Of a DNA stretch of 64,000 nt, positions 46,600 to 56,498 are shown one piece after another. Below the pieces are notes generated by a model that worked only from the letters and a program-made list of their open reading frames with translations, searched no databases and was not told the DNA's origin. The position numbers were made by a program, and so were the translations under genes. This DNA comes from Promethearchaeota archaeon (GTDB lineage Archaea > Asgardarchaeota > Lokiarchaeia > Sigyniarchaeales > SOKP01), in assembly GCA_016840165.1 (NCBI GenBank), contig JAEOSU010000080.1, forward strand, positions 1 to 64,000, in the 5' to 3' direction. Every line of letters starts with the position of its first letter. Position 1 is the first letter of the stretch.

Positions 46600-47394
46600 T
46601 CAAATTTTATAATCTACTATACCATTATCCGTTAATCTATAAAGTACCTTCTTTTCTGGAAGATATAACGAATTTACTACATGAATATAACCGAAATCTT
46701 TTTCTTTATAGCTTAAGTAAAGATATTCCGAAAAATAATGATTTAGAAATTGATTACCAACGGGTTTTTCTTTAATTAGCGCATTTTTATTAAATATTGG
46801 AGATATTTGAGCAGTAGCTATGGTAATTAAATTGAACTCTCTAGTAAGTGAATTTAATTTCTCTATAATCTTTAAAAAGTTAGATTTTGCCTTTTGAAAA
46901 GAGGTAAGGTCGTTCCCTTGTTCTAAACGATAATAATTGTTAATTGAGTCAATAAGAAGTACTTTAATATCTGATTTATGAATAGTTTTTCTGAGGCTAT
47001 TGAGTTTTAATAAGAAGACATCATTGCTCATTATTTTTGATACTAAAATCGTCTTTAATATTTTATTAAAATTTAAACCTTGGGAATTTGCTAATTGTTT
47101 TATCCTTTCTGGTCTAAAGGTATTTTCTGTATCAAAATAAATGACGTTAAAATTATTTCTATACGCTTGAATACATAATTGGTGGCATAATTGTGTTTTT
47201 CCTGTCTTATATGATCCAAAAATTAAATACAAAGTTTTTGAATGAAATCCCTTATCTAAGATATTATCTATGTTTTTTGAGCCAGTATTTAAAAAAAAGG
47301 AATTTTTCTCTTCCTTTCGAATTTCTTCACCAATTTTATCAAGGATAAAAAGTTGATTTTTATTGATCTTAGATGAGTTGATAAATTCTCTCAT
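46600..47394 (-). CDS. RadA/Rad51 paralog lacking the N-terminal HhH domain
   Basis: TGS..ID.IL..G, G...TGKTQLCHQL, DTENTFRPERI, IDSI...R. Confidence 0.85.
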   Translation of the reverse strand: MREFINSSKINKNQLFILDKIGEEIRKEEKNSFFLNTGSKNIDNILDKGFHSKTLYLIFGSYKTGKTQLCHQLCIQAYRNNFNVIYFDTENTFRPERIKQLANSQGLNFNKILKTILVSKIMSNDVFLLKLNSLRKTIHKSDIKVLLIDSINNYYRLEQGNDLTSFQKAKSNFLKIIEKLNSLTREFNLITIATAQISPIFNKNALIKEKPVGNQFLNHYFSEYLYLSYKEKDFGYIHVVNSLYLPEKKVLYRLTDNGIVDYKI

Positions 47395-47561
47395 TGTATA
47401 AAAATAATAATCTTATTAACTAATAAAAAGAAACTCACAATAATATATTTATATTAAATTGACCCATAAATCGAAAAATTAATTTGAAATTAAACATAAT
47501 TTTGAAATTGTATTGGTTTTCATAAACCCTAGAATTTTAGAAAAAAATAAACTTTTTAACG

Positions 47562-48173
47562 ATGGCTAAGAAAAAAAAAGAAGTGTGTCAATATTGCGGT
47601 AAATCGTTTGTATATCTCAGCCGCCATAAATGTAAAGTAAAAGATAGAATCGAAGGTAGTGAAGAATCGGATAAATCAGAATCGGAGAGAAGAATTGAGA
47701 GAATTGAAGAGTGGAAAAAAGATTTCAGCCGGAATCTTAAGAAAGATGAGAAAAAGATATTAGATATTATCAGAAAACATAAAAAAATATTTTTTAAAGA
47801 TTTAATGGCAATATCGGGTAAAAATCGTAATGAATTAGATAATATAATTGATATTTTATCACTTCAGTCTAAAATAAAAGTAACACGAGAATTAGTGGAT
47901 GCATCATGGACAAAACATATTTCTTATATTGAGGAGATCGATGTTCAGGTAAAAGATATAAAAATTGACAAATCAGATAAAAATTTTATCATTGAGATGT
48001 TCTCTTATCAACCATGTTTGATATGTCCTTTTGCAAATAAATGTAATGAAACCAATATGGATAATCTAAATCCACATCAATGTATTTGGTTAACTGAATG
48101 GATTTATGCATTAATGAAAGGAGAGAAGTATCGTATTAATTTTGATGAGATTGAAACTGAATCTTATGAATGA
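47562..48173 (+). CDS. TFE-beta/Rpc34-like protein (wHTH + FeS motif) with N-terminal C2HC finger
   Basis: C-terminal PCLICP...C......NPHQCIWLTEW; central E..IL..I wHTH; N-terminal CQYCGKSF..L.RH.C. Confidence 0.72.
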   Translation: MAKKKKEVCQYCGKSFVYLSRHKCKVKDRIEGSEESDKSESERRIERIEEWKKDFSRNLKKDEKKILDIIRKHKKIFFKDLMAISGKNRNELDNIIDILSLQSKIKVTRELVDASWTKHISYIEEIDVQVKDIKIDKSDKNFIIEMFSYQPCLICPFANKCNETNMDNLNPHQCIWLTEWIYALMKGEKYRINFDEIETESYE

Positions 48174-48174
48174 T

Positions 48175-48819
48175 TCATTTTTTATTTAATCCAATGATAT
48201 AAATTTCGTTACTTTTCTTACTAGAAGCTGTTGGTTTATAGCTTTTAATAAAATGAAATTTATCTTTCATAGATCGATGTACTCGTTTAAAATCTTCACC
48301 TTGAAAAATTTTAATGACAAAATTTCCCTTGCTTTTCAATAAATATATGGTGTCAAGAATCTTTAAACATAAATTGGCTTGTTTTACTTGATCACTAAAC
48401 TTATTACCGGATTTTTTGATACTGGCATCTGAGAGTATCAGATCAAATTTATCTCCAGCAAGATAATTTTGAATAGCCTCTATAGCTGAAATTTTTGTAA
48501 TTTCTAATCTCATAATGTCGACATGTTCAATTGGACTAATTTTTTTAAGATCGACCCCCAATATCTTATAATCCTTACGATGATAATGGTTATCTTGATA
48601 CTTTATGAGGTTTTCTTCGGCAAATTTCTTTGCAACTTGTAACCATGAACCAGGAGCACTTCCAATATCTAAGATATAAAAGGCTCTTTTGAAGATATTA
48701 TATTTTTTTTGAATATCAAAGAGTTTATAAGCAGAACGGGCTCTATAGCCTTGCTTTTTCGCTTTTGTATAAAATTGTTCGTTTTTATGATTTGTTGTAT
48801 TCTTATCCATCTGCAACAC
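48175..48819 (-). CDS. rlmE: 23S rRNA 2'-O-methyltransferase RlmE/FtsJ
   Basis: AKKQGYRARSAYKL, DIGSAPGSWLQV, LSDA, F..KIFQG, KP.AS...S.E.Y. Confidence 0.93.
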   Translation of the reverse strand: MLQMDKNTTNHKNEQFYTKAKKQGYRARSAYKLFDIQKKYNIFKRAFYILDIGSAPGSWLQVAKKFAEENLIKYQDNHYHRKDYKILGVDLKKISPIEHVDIMRLEITKISAIEAIQNYLAGDKFDLILSDASIKKSGNKFSDQVKQANLCLKILDTIYLLKSKGNFVIKIFQGEDFKRVHRSMKDKFHFIKSYKPTASSKKSNEIYIIGLNKK

Positions 48820-48827
48820 TTAATTGT

Positions 48828-50048
48828 TTATTTTTTTGATAAGTCAAATAAAAGATTTTTTAATTCGGATAAATTAATATTACTCTTGATGGCTAAATTA
48901 TCAAAATGTGTTCTTGATGCCGTAAATTTCTTTTTATCAATAGCCTTAATGATTTCATCTAGTTTCGGAACAAAAGGTAATTTTAATTCTTGACATAACT
49001 TATGAATATTATAATAAAATGGGGGCATTTTTACCTCTTCTAAAGCATAACTGAGCTTTTTATCGATTACTTTTTTATTAATATAATTTTGTTGTTTATT
49101 TAAAGAAAGGAGGAGTCTAAGAAAGTCCTCATTATGTAATTCTCCAATCCAGAGGGGTCCTGCATATTTTAATGCTTTAGATCCTTTACATGATGGACAA
49201 TATTTAGGTATCTGTAAAATGTCGTCTGAAAAAGAAGACCGATACCCACACGACGTGCAATGGAGAATATATCCATAATTGGAGAAGTTATGTATGATTT
49301 CTTTTTTCTTTTTTACAGTAGAAATAAAAACTCTTAAAAAGTGATTTGAATAAAAGCTAAGGAGTGGAATTATACCTAGATTGTTAATATTTGCTAACCG
49401 AGAAATGAAATAAACTAAGATTCGCGCTCCAATTTCTTTACAATATTCAGTATGGAGAGGTTTTGACATATATTTTCGTATACAAACGTTTGGTTTTACT
49501 CCAAATAACACAGCGGTATCTGTAGCGGTTAAGCACAACAAGCCATCTTTTTTTTTAATAGCTTTAAACGCCATATCAATATATGAATTAGGTGTTCCAA
49601 ATGGATCAATGGATATTATGTCTGCCCTTTTAAACGTATTATTAGAATGATCTTGATTGTGAAATTCGGAAAATAAAGAATTTGCATCCTTTTGAGAAAC
49701 ATTTACCTTTGAAGCATCAATTGCATTTAATTTAATGTTTCTTTTAATGAGATCAATTGCCAAAGGATTAATATCATTGATATACACTTTGCTTAATTCT
49801 TCATGCTCTTTTAGCAATCTTATAGATGTGATTCCAGAAGCTGCCATTGAGTCGATAAAATTGAAAGTGAGTAAATTATATATATTCTTGTATGCCCCTA
49901 CTACTAAACTCGTGATATCCCGATTTAAAATCATTTTTTCATTATAAAAAACATTCATGGATTTTGAAGGTATTTTAACTGAATCTTGTTTGTAAATGAA
50001 AAATTCTACAGATGCTTCTCTCTTCTTAATTAGCTTATTTTCTATCAT
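48828..50048 (-). CDS. trm1: tRNA (guanine26-N2)-dimethyltransferase
   Basis: VFYN..M.LNRD, IDPFGTP, LCLTATDTAVL, GPLWIGELH, SRTHF. Confidence 0.94.
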   Translation of the reverse strand: MIENKLIKKREASVEFFIYKQDSVKIPSKSMNVFYNEKMILNRDITSLVVGAYKNIYNLLTFNFIDSMAASGITSIRLLKEHEELSKVYINDINPLAIDLIKRNIKLNAIDASKVNVSQKDANSLFSEFHNQDHSNNTFKRADIISIDPFGTPNSYIDMAFKAIKKKDGLLCLTATDTAVLFGVKPNVCIRKYMSKPLHTEYCKEIGARILVYFISRLANINNLGIIPLLSFYSNHFLRVFISTVKKKKEIIHNFSNYGYILHCTSCGYRSSFSDDILQIPKYCPSCKGSKALKYAGPLWIGELHNEDFLRLLLSLNKQQNYINKKVIDKKLSYALEEVKMPPFYYNIHKLCQELKLPFVPKLDEIIKAIDKKKFTASRTHFDNLAIKSNINLSELKNLLFDLSKK

Positions 50049-50072
50049 ACTAATATATAATTAAGTGCTATT

Positions 50073-51071
50073 TTACAACGAGCGAAATAATTCAACTAAC
50101 ATTTTACTCCCAACTAAACCCCCAGATTCAAGAGCATGAACTTTTTTTACATTTTCTTTGGTTAATGGCCAAAAATCTTCTAAAATCCGTATCTTATCAA
50201 TATTTTGCTCATTACCAATAGCTAAAAATTCACCTCCTAAGGTTTTTATAATAAAAGCTAATGGAGCCCATTCATAATAAATCCGAATTTTAGGTTTAGG
50301 TGATGGGAAGTAAGCATATACACCTCCATAATGAATAATGGCATGCAAATCCCCAACAAAACTTCCACTGTAGCGATCTTTTACTTGGTTTTCGATAAGA
50401 AGCTTTTCAAAAGAGCAACATTTCTCTGACCAGCTGTTAGAATCACCTCCTAGACATCTAATTCCTCCTCTTCGATTATTAGGCAATTTCTTTAACTCAT
50501 AGAAGATGTAATGATAAAATGTCATACTATAAGGAGAAGTGTCTAAAATGAATTCCGCTGCGATCCCATTAACTGCTAAAACCAGATTTGTGAAAATCCC
50601 ATATAAGACATAAAAACTACATATGATGTGTCCTTCCTCATTATATACTCCAATTATCGTCCCCACAGTTCTATTTACGGCAACATTAGAGGATCCATCA
50701 ACAGGATCTATAGTTATACCAAACTTACCATTTCCTATGACGGGATCGGCCTCCTCAGAGGCGATAAATAAGAAGCTAGCATCTCTCTCCTGAAGAGCTT
50801 TTAGAATTATACTGTGAGTTAAAATATCTTCATGAATCTGTAATTCATCATAAATGTTCTTACTTTCATTTATTGGAGTTTCAATGTTCAATCTCTCCTC
50901 AAGCTCCCTCGAAGTTATACCTCTTTCTAATAAACCTCTAATTGGAATTGTTGCTTCAGCAATAATATCAATGATTTCTATTAAAGCTTGCTTATTCGGA
51001 AAATAATGAGGTAAATTCTTTTCAAGCCAACGTGTTAATTTCATTTTTTCAATTTTAGTATTTTTTGGCAA
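50073..51071 (-). CDS. fbp: Class I fructose-1,6-bisphosphatase
   Basis: ASEE, DPVDGSSN..VN.TVGTI, RYSGSFVGD.H....GG...Y, KIRIYYE.AP. Confidence 0.85.
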   Translation of the reverse strand: MPKNTKIEKMKLTRWLEKNLPHYFPNKQALIEIIDIIAEATIPIRGLLERGITSRELEERLNIETPINESKNIYDELQIHEDILTHSIILKALQERDASFLFIASEEADPVIGNGKFGITIDPVDGSSNVAVNRTVGTIIGVYNEEGHIICSFYVLYGIFTNLVLAVNGIAAEFILDTSPYSMTFYHYIFYELKKLPNNRRGGIRCLGGDSNSWSEKCCSFEKLLIENQVKDRYSGSFVGDLHAIIHYGGVYAYFPSPKPKIRIYYEWAPLAFIIKTLGGEFLAIGNEQNIDKIRILEDFWPLTKENVKKVHALESGGLVGSKMLVELFRSL

Positions 51072-51218
51072 GGATTACAAAACCTGTGGTCTTTTCATTA
51101 TTTTTAATTGTGAGCTTATTTATAATAATTAAGGCTTTATAATTTACAAATTTTTTGTCTATGAGATTATTTAGTAGAAGTATTAAAAAATCGAAATTAC
51201 ATAGAATTTTGGGCAATT

Positions 51219-51926
51219 TTATTCTAATTCAAATCCAAATTTAGTCAATTTTGATTGGTAAATTATGAGGTTTTTTTCAGGATGCGCAGAAATAACAAAA
51301 TTTCGATAATTAAGCTTTTTATGTCTATCGATTTTAATTGACAGATCTATCCAGTAATCCATCACCTTTCCTCCACTTTGAATCTCAATAGTTTGATTTT
51401 CTTGTTTTAATCTTCTCAGATAATTTACGATCAACACATCAACAGGATAATTAATGTTTAAATGGCTTAGTGTTGCTAAAATCTGATTTAATTGGTAATT
51501 TAAAGCCACATTTTTATTTTTATTATTTTTCCTTAATTCCATTTGATAAAGATTAGTTATAGAATCTATAATAACAAGAATATTTGCTTTTTCTCTCTCA
51601 TTTTTAAGGTTAATGATTATTTGTTCAAGTTCTAAAATAAAATCAAACAATTCAGAGAAATTTAAAATTCTGTAAATGACAAAATTATTTTTTACTATAT
51701 TATTATCAAATTTTTGAATTAAGGTTTTTAGTTTTTTTAAAGGTAAATTTTGCTTAGTGTAGATATAAATAACCGAATTTGCTAATGAACTATTTAATAA
51801 AGCTGTTTGAAGTGAAAAGGTAGTTTTACCAACTCCAATTTCCCCCCAAACAGACACCAAACCGATCTTTTGATCATATGATTGAATCTGATTATTAAGT
51901 TCCTTTAATGGAAAAATCATTATCAA
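51219..51926 (-). CDS. RadB-like RecA-family ATPase
   Basis: GEIGVGKTT, IIDSITNLY, GGKVMDYW. Confidence 0.75.
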   Translation of the reverse strand: MIMIFPLKELNNQIQSYDQKIGLVSVWGEIGVGKTTFSLQTALLNSSLANSVIYIYTKQNLPLKKLKTLIQKFDNNIVKNNFVIYRILNFSELFDFILELEQIIINLKNEREKANILVIIDSITNLYQMELRKNNKNKNVALNYQLNQILATLSHLNINYPVDVLIVNYLRRLKQENQTIEIQSGGKVMDYWIDLSIKIDRHKKLNYRNFVISAHPEKNLIIYQSKLTKFGFELE

Positions 51927-51942
51927 AAATTTTAATTTTATT

Positions 51943-52818
51943 ATGAATTATAATATTAAATTGAGAAGCTCACCTTTATATATATTAACTGAGGATTTAT
52001 CTTTTTTTTATCGAATTAATAAAGAATTAAATAAGCTGAAAATTCCTTTCAAAATATTGAATCTAAACAAGATCAATTCAAGTTATCATAGCGTTATACT
52101 CACGACGACTAAAGAAGCATTATTAATGGAAGAAAAAGGGAGCAAAGCAAAGATTTTAGCCTATTCGGATGAGGAAGATTTTGAAAATTATATTATTAAA
52201 ATAATAGCTGCAGTAAAGATAGGATATAAGGACTATTATTCTGAAATTCTTTTTTCAGTAGATCCAGGAAAAAGAACGGGTCTAATGATCTTTTTAGATG
52301 GATATTATTTATATTCATATTGTTGTTTTAAAATGAATGAAGTGGTTGGCAAAATAACGAAATATATCCAATTTTTCCAGAGCGAGAATAAAAATGATTT
52401 CATAATTACCTTCAAACTAGGAAATGGTGTATTACGATTAACGCTCAATTTAATTAAGCAAATTTTTTCAATATATAATGGAAGGAAAAACGTGAGGATC
52501 TTTTTAATTGATGAATTTAAATCTTCTAAGATTAAAATAAACCAAAAGAATAAACTCCATCATGTTTCTAAAGATGAATTATCTGCTTTAATATTAGCTT
52601 TAAGAGATGGTATTGAAATCAATGAAAATGAATACTTTAGTCTTGTGAAACATTCTTATAAAAATAGGAAAATTGAAGTTGATAAGGGAGGAATGAAAAA
52701 TGTGGAAGGCGTATTTGATAAATCAGCCGTAGCAGAGATAGTTATAAAAGTAATTGATGGAGAACTAACTCTAAAAGATGCCTCTAAAGAGCTCAAGTTA
52801 CTGAATCGAAAAAAATAA
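51943..52818 (+). CDS. RNase H-fold (YqgF/RuvC-like) domain protein
   Basis: SVDPGKRTGL, KLGNG, IDEFKSS, DELSA..LA. Confidence 0.65.
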   Translation: MNYNIKLRSSPLYILTEDLSFFYRINKELNKLKIPFKILNLNKINSSYHSVILTTTKEALLMEEKGSKAKILAYSDEEDFENYIIKIIAAVKIGYKDYYSEILFSVDPGKRTGLMIFLDGYYLYSYCCFKMNEVVGKITKYIQFFQSENKNDFIITFKLGNGVLRLTLNLIKQIFSIYNGRKNVRIFLIDEFKSSKIKINQKNKLHHVSKDELSALILALRDGIEINENEYFSLVKHSYKNRKIEVDKGGMKNVEGVFDKSAVAEIVIKVIDGELTLKDASKELKLLNRKK

Positions 52819-52877
52819 TAAAGTTTAATTTTTTCTGATAATTTCTGTTCTTATTAAATAAGGGGATAAAAGGTTCT

Positions 52878-53948
52878 ATGAGAAGGATTCAAGCTATTGA
52901 TATTTTTCGAGGACTATGTATCTTTTATATGACCTTTGGTCATATGATGTATTGGTATTCGGCAAAATCTAGTTTCTGGTTATATGAGATAGTTTGGAAT
53001 TTAGGAGCTCCAATAGGAGGGGGAGGATTTTTACTTGTATCAGGAATGAGTGCGATGATTTCTTATAAGGTCAACTTAGAAAAAGCTAAACTATCTGGTG
53101 ATTTCAGCATGAAAAATAGCAGAAATCAATATATAATTCGAGCTTTAATTATTTTGGTAATATCCTTCATCTGGAACTTTTTTGGAACGTTATTTATGGG
53201 TGTACCGGGAATTTGGATATGGTTTGTTATCCAAACAATATCCATCTCACTTTTATTGGCTTGGCCTCTACTAAAGACATCCCGTTTATTTAGGTTATTT
53301 ATTTGTTTTGCTTTTTGGATCGGAAATGAATTTATTATTGTATTGCTAAAGCCTTTTGAAGGCCAATTTAATTTCTTTGGAATCTTACATTTTATACTTT
53401 ATAATGTCCCAGAACAGAATGTTATCTTGGCTTACTTTCCTTTTTTACTCGCGGGAACAGTAATCGGAGATATCCTACATGAAGCATTTAATTCTGAAAA
53501 TATTGACACTAAAGCATATTTAAAGAGACATCTAACGATACCTAGCTTGATTGGGGGTTTAGTACTCATCATTTTCGGAGTTTTATTTCAATTTCCTAAT
53601 TTTCTAGATAAGAGAGCATTCTCTTCACATATGTTTATTTTTGGAATAGAATTGTTACTAATCATCTTATTAGTATATATTAAAGATTTAGGCGATCTTA
53701 AATTAAAACGGAGTTATTCGGTTCTTAAATACTATTCATATTATTCTTTTACTATATTTCTTGCTCATAATATCCTCTATTTCCTCTTTCCTCCTATATT
53801 GAATGCCTTGGAGATCATACTCTTAATTATACCGATTATAACTTTATGGACTTATTTATTTCGGATAATTTATAGAAAATTAGGAAAATATGCATCTCTA
53901 AAATTTTTTATTAGTAAATCCGCTGAATATTTAGCAAATAAAATCTAA
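52878..53948 (+). CDS. DUF1624 / HGSNAT-like membrane acyltransferase
   Basis: RIQAIDIFRGLCI..M..GH, FL.VSG.S; about 10 TM segments. Confidence 0.82.
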   Translation: MRRIQAIDIFRGLCIFYMTFGHMMYWYSAKSSFWLYEIVWNLGAPIGGGGFLLVSGMSAMISYKVNLEKAKLSGDFSMKNSRNQYIIRALIILVISFIWNFFGTLFMGVPGIWIWFVIQTISISLLLAWPLLKTSRLFRLFICFAFWIGNEFIIVLLKPFEGQFNFFGILHFILYNVPEQNVILAYFPFLLAGTVIGDILHEAFNSENIDTKAYLKRHLTIPSLIGGLVLIIFGVLFQFPNFLDKRAFSSHMFIFGIELLLIILLVYIKDLGDLKLKRSYSVLKYYSYYSFTIFLAHNILYFLFPPILNALEIILLIIPIITLWTYLFRIIYRKLGKYASLKFFISKSAEYLANKI

Positions 53949-53965
53949 TTATTTAGTATAAAGAT

Positions 53966-55060
53966 TTGTGTTTAGAAATGAAACGTTTAAATAGCATCGA
54001 TATATTCAGAGGGCTTTCTATATTATGGATGTTTTTAGGCCATCTATTACATTGGTGGTTAATTGAACAGGAAGTTTGGCTATACGATATCGTTTTTATT
54101 ATTTTTGATCCTATCGGTTCTTCTGCATTTATTTTTATCGCAGGATTATCAACAGCCATTTCATTGAGATCACGATACTTAAAAGCAGAAAAATCTGAAA
54201 ATTATAATGATAACGTAATTAAACGGGAATATCTCTTTAGAGCATTATTAATCTTCATCGTTGCTTTAATATATAATGCAAGTATAGCATTAAGTTTATT
54301 AAATCCTGGGTATATTTGGACTTGGTTTGTGTTATTAACAATTTCAATTTCACAATTTATGGCATGGCCATTATTTAAATTAAAAATTTTCTATAGAATT
54401 ATCATTGGAATAGCTATTTGGATTCTAAACCAATTTTTACTAGTTTCATTATTACCATATCAAGGAAAAGCGAATATATTTGGGTTTTTATTTCATATCT
54501 TTTATCATTCTTTAGATCTTGATGTGATCCTTTCATTTTTTCCCTTTTTTTTATTTGGGGGTGTCCTAGGGGAACTTATCTTCAAAATTTATCAAAAAAA
54601 GGATACTGATCTAATAAAGAAATCATTAAAAAAGAAAGTAATCTATCCGGGTTTAATATTTGGTATTGTTTTAATCATTTTAGGAATATTGATAAGATTT
54701 CCACAATTCCTCGTTAACAGAAGTTTCTCATGGATGATATATACTCTTGGAATAGATATTTGTTTACTAATTATTTTTTTAATATTTGAGGAGTATATTT
54801 ATTTCAAAAAAAGAACGAAAAATGGCTTTCTTTATTACTTTTCATATTACTCTCTCACAGTGTACCTAGCACATAATATATTATATTTTCTTTTCTATCA
54901 GCAATTAACAATAGCAACTATCTGGTTTTTCATTATAGGAGTATATATAGGAGTCGGATATTTGTTAAAAGTGCTATATAATAAATTTGGATCTAAAATT
55001 TCTTTAAAATATCAATTAGGTCGAATGGCCAGCACCCTTGCTAAAGGAAAGGTCGCATAA
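53966..55060 (+). CDS. DUF1624 / HGSNAT-like membrane acyltransferase, tandem paralog
   Basis: RLNSIDIFRGL.I..M..GH, F.FIAG.S, SYYSLTVYLAH; true start is probably ATG at 53978. Confidence 0.82.
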   Translation: MCLEMKRLNSIDIFRGLSILWMFLGHLLHWWLIEQEVWLYDIVFIIFDPIGSSAFIFIAGLSTAISLRSRYLKAEKSENYNDNVIKREYLFRALLIFIVALIYNASIALSLLNPGYIWTWFVLLTISISQFMAWPLFKLKIFYRIIIGIAIWILNQFLLVSLLPYQGKANIFGFLFHIFYHSLDLDVILSFFPFFLFGGVLGELIFKIYQKKDTDLIKKSLKKKVIYPGLIFGIVLIILGILIRFPQFLVNRSFSWMIYTLGIDICLLIIFLIFEEYIYFKKRTKNGFLYYFSYYSLTVYLAHNILYFLFYQQLTIATIWFFIIGVYIGVGYLLKVLYNKFGSKISLKYQLGRMASTLAKGKVA

Positions 55061-55076
55061 AAACTTGATATGATTT

Positions 55077-55580
55077 TTATAAAAATATTCTTTTACATTG
55101 GATTTTAATCTTGTATTTGATATTTCTTTGAAAATTCACAGAGTTATTAAAAATATAATTTATGGTGTTTATATAAACTCCGTTATTTCCCACAGCAATG
55201 CCTCGATCCATATCAAATATGAAATAAAGAGTAATTATTACATTTTTAGAAAATTTTTCTCGTTCTAAATGAATATCATGAATGTAGGTATCTGGGAAGA
55301 ATGAAAAGATTAATCTAAGTAAAGTTGGTACTTCACGAATGACAAGTACTTTAAAATTTTTCAATCGTTGTCGCAATCGGTTTAAATTTTCCCTGGCATT
55401 AAAAAAATCTTCATTCTTCACTAGGAAAAGAAGATAATTGTTTTTTATTATGATGCTAACGGGTTCAATTCGAGTAATTTTAAAAAAATAAGAGAGGTAA
55501 TATAATTCTTTATTGTAAAATTTCCTTTTTAGAGTTACAATTTGAGAAAAAAAAATCTTACTATTAAGAATACTCATCAT
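55077..55580 (-). CDS. Divergent archaeal NusA-like KH protein
   Basis: DRGIAVGNNG.YI resembles the NusA KH GxAIGxxG motif; first KH motif looks degenerate. Confidence 0.55.
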   Translation of the reverse strand: MMSILNSKIFFSQIVTLKRKFYNKELYYLSYFFKITRIEPVSIIIKNNYLLFLVKNEDFFNARENLNRLRQRLKNFKVLVIREVPTLLRLIFSFFPDTYIHDIHLEREKFSKNVIITLYFIFDMDRGIAVGNNGVYINTINYIFNNSVNFQRNIKYKIKIQCKRIFL

Positions 55581-55702
55581 TACACTTCTAATTTTTATTT
55601 TTAAATTTAAAATTCGAGAAAAAATATTGAAATTAGCAAAAAAAAGTATTTATTATACAAAGATTTGCACATAAATAGAAATCATCTCTATAATTTAAAG
55701 CA

Positions 55703-56476
55703 ATGAAAGAGCGTTTGGATATCTTATTAGTTGAACGACGTTTAGTAGAAAGCAGAATGAAGGCAAAATGGTTAATAAAAAATGGTTATGTTTTAGTTAA
55801 TAAACGAATAATTAGAAAACCGAGCAAGAAAGTAGAAAATTCTCTTAAGATTTCTCTCAAAGCTCCATTTCCATATGTTGGAAGGGGGGGTTTAAAATTA
55901 GACGTAGCCTTAAGTGAGTTTTCAATTATAGTAAGAGAAAAAGCATGTGCCGATATAGGAGCGTCAATAGGTGGGTTTACAGATTGTCTTCTCAAGCATG
56001 GAGCCACAAAAGTCTATGCAATCGATACTGCCACAGATCTTTTACATCCATCGCTAATTTGTAATAAAAAACAGGTGGTTGCTCTTTTAGGAGTGGATGC
56101 TCGAAAAATAACTACGCTTGGAGAATTGGTAGACATTATGACTGTGGATGTTACGTTTTCTTCATTAAAAGATCTATTACCAAATGTTATAAAATATGTC
56201 AAATTAGGAGGCGATATAATAGTTCTAGTAAAACCGATTTTTGAAACAAATTTCTATAATAAAAAAAAATTCAGAATTATTAAAGATAATAAAATTCTTT
56301 TTGAAATTTTAAAAGATCTCCTTAGTTGGAGCACGAAAAATAACCTAATTCCTAAAGCCATCATGAAATCTCCTATTTTAGGAAAGGGGGGATCAATTGA
56401 ATTTTTTGTGTATTTTAAAGTTGGTAAAGAGAACAATAATAGAAATTACGAAGATATAATTAGAAAATTATTATGA
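55703..56476 (+). CDS. tlyA: TlyA-family rRNA methyltransferase (S4 + FtsJ-like)
   Basis: RLDILLV.R.L.ESR, YVGRGGLKL, DIGASIGGFTDCLL..GA, LVKP.FE. Confidence 0.92.
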   Translation: MKERLDILLVERRLVESRMKAKWLIKNGYVLVNKRIIRKPSKKVENSLKISLKAPFPYVGRGGLKLDVALSEFSIIVREKACADIGASIGGFTDCLLKHGATKVYAIDTATDLLHPSLICNKKQVVALLGVDARKITTLGELVDIMTVDVTFSSLKDLLPNVIKYVKLGGDIIVLVKPIFETNFYNKKKFRIIKDNKILFEILKDLLSWSTKNNLIPKAIMKSPILGKGGSIEFFVYFKVGKENNNRNYEDIIRKLL

Positions 56477-56498
56477 TTCTTCTTCTAGAAAACTCAGT

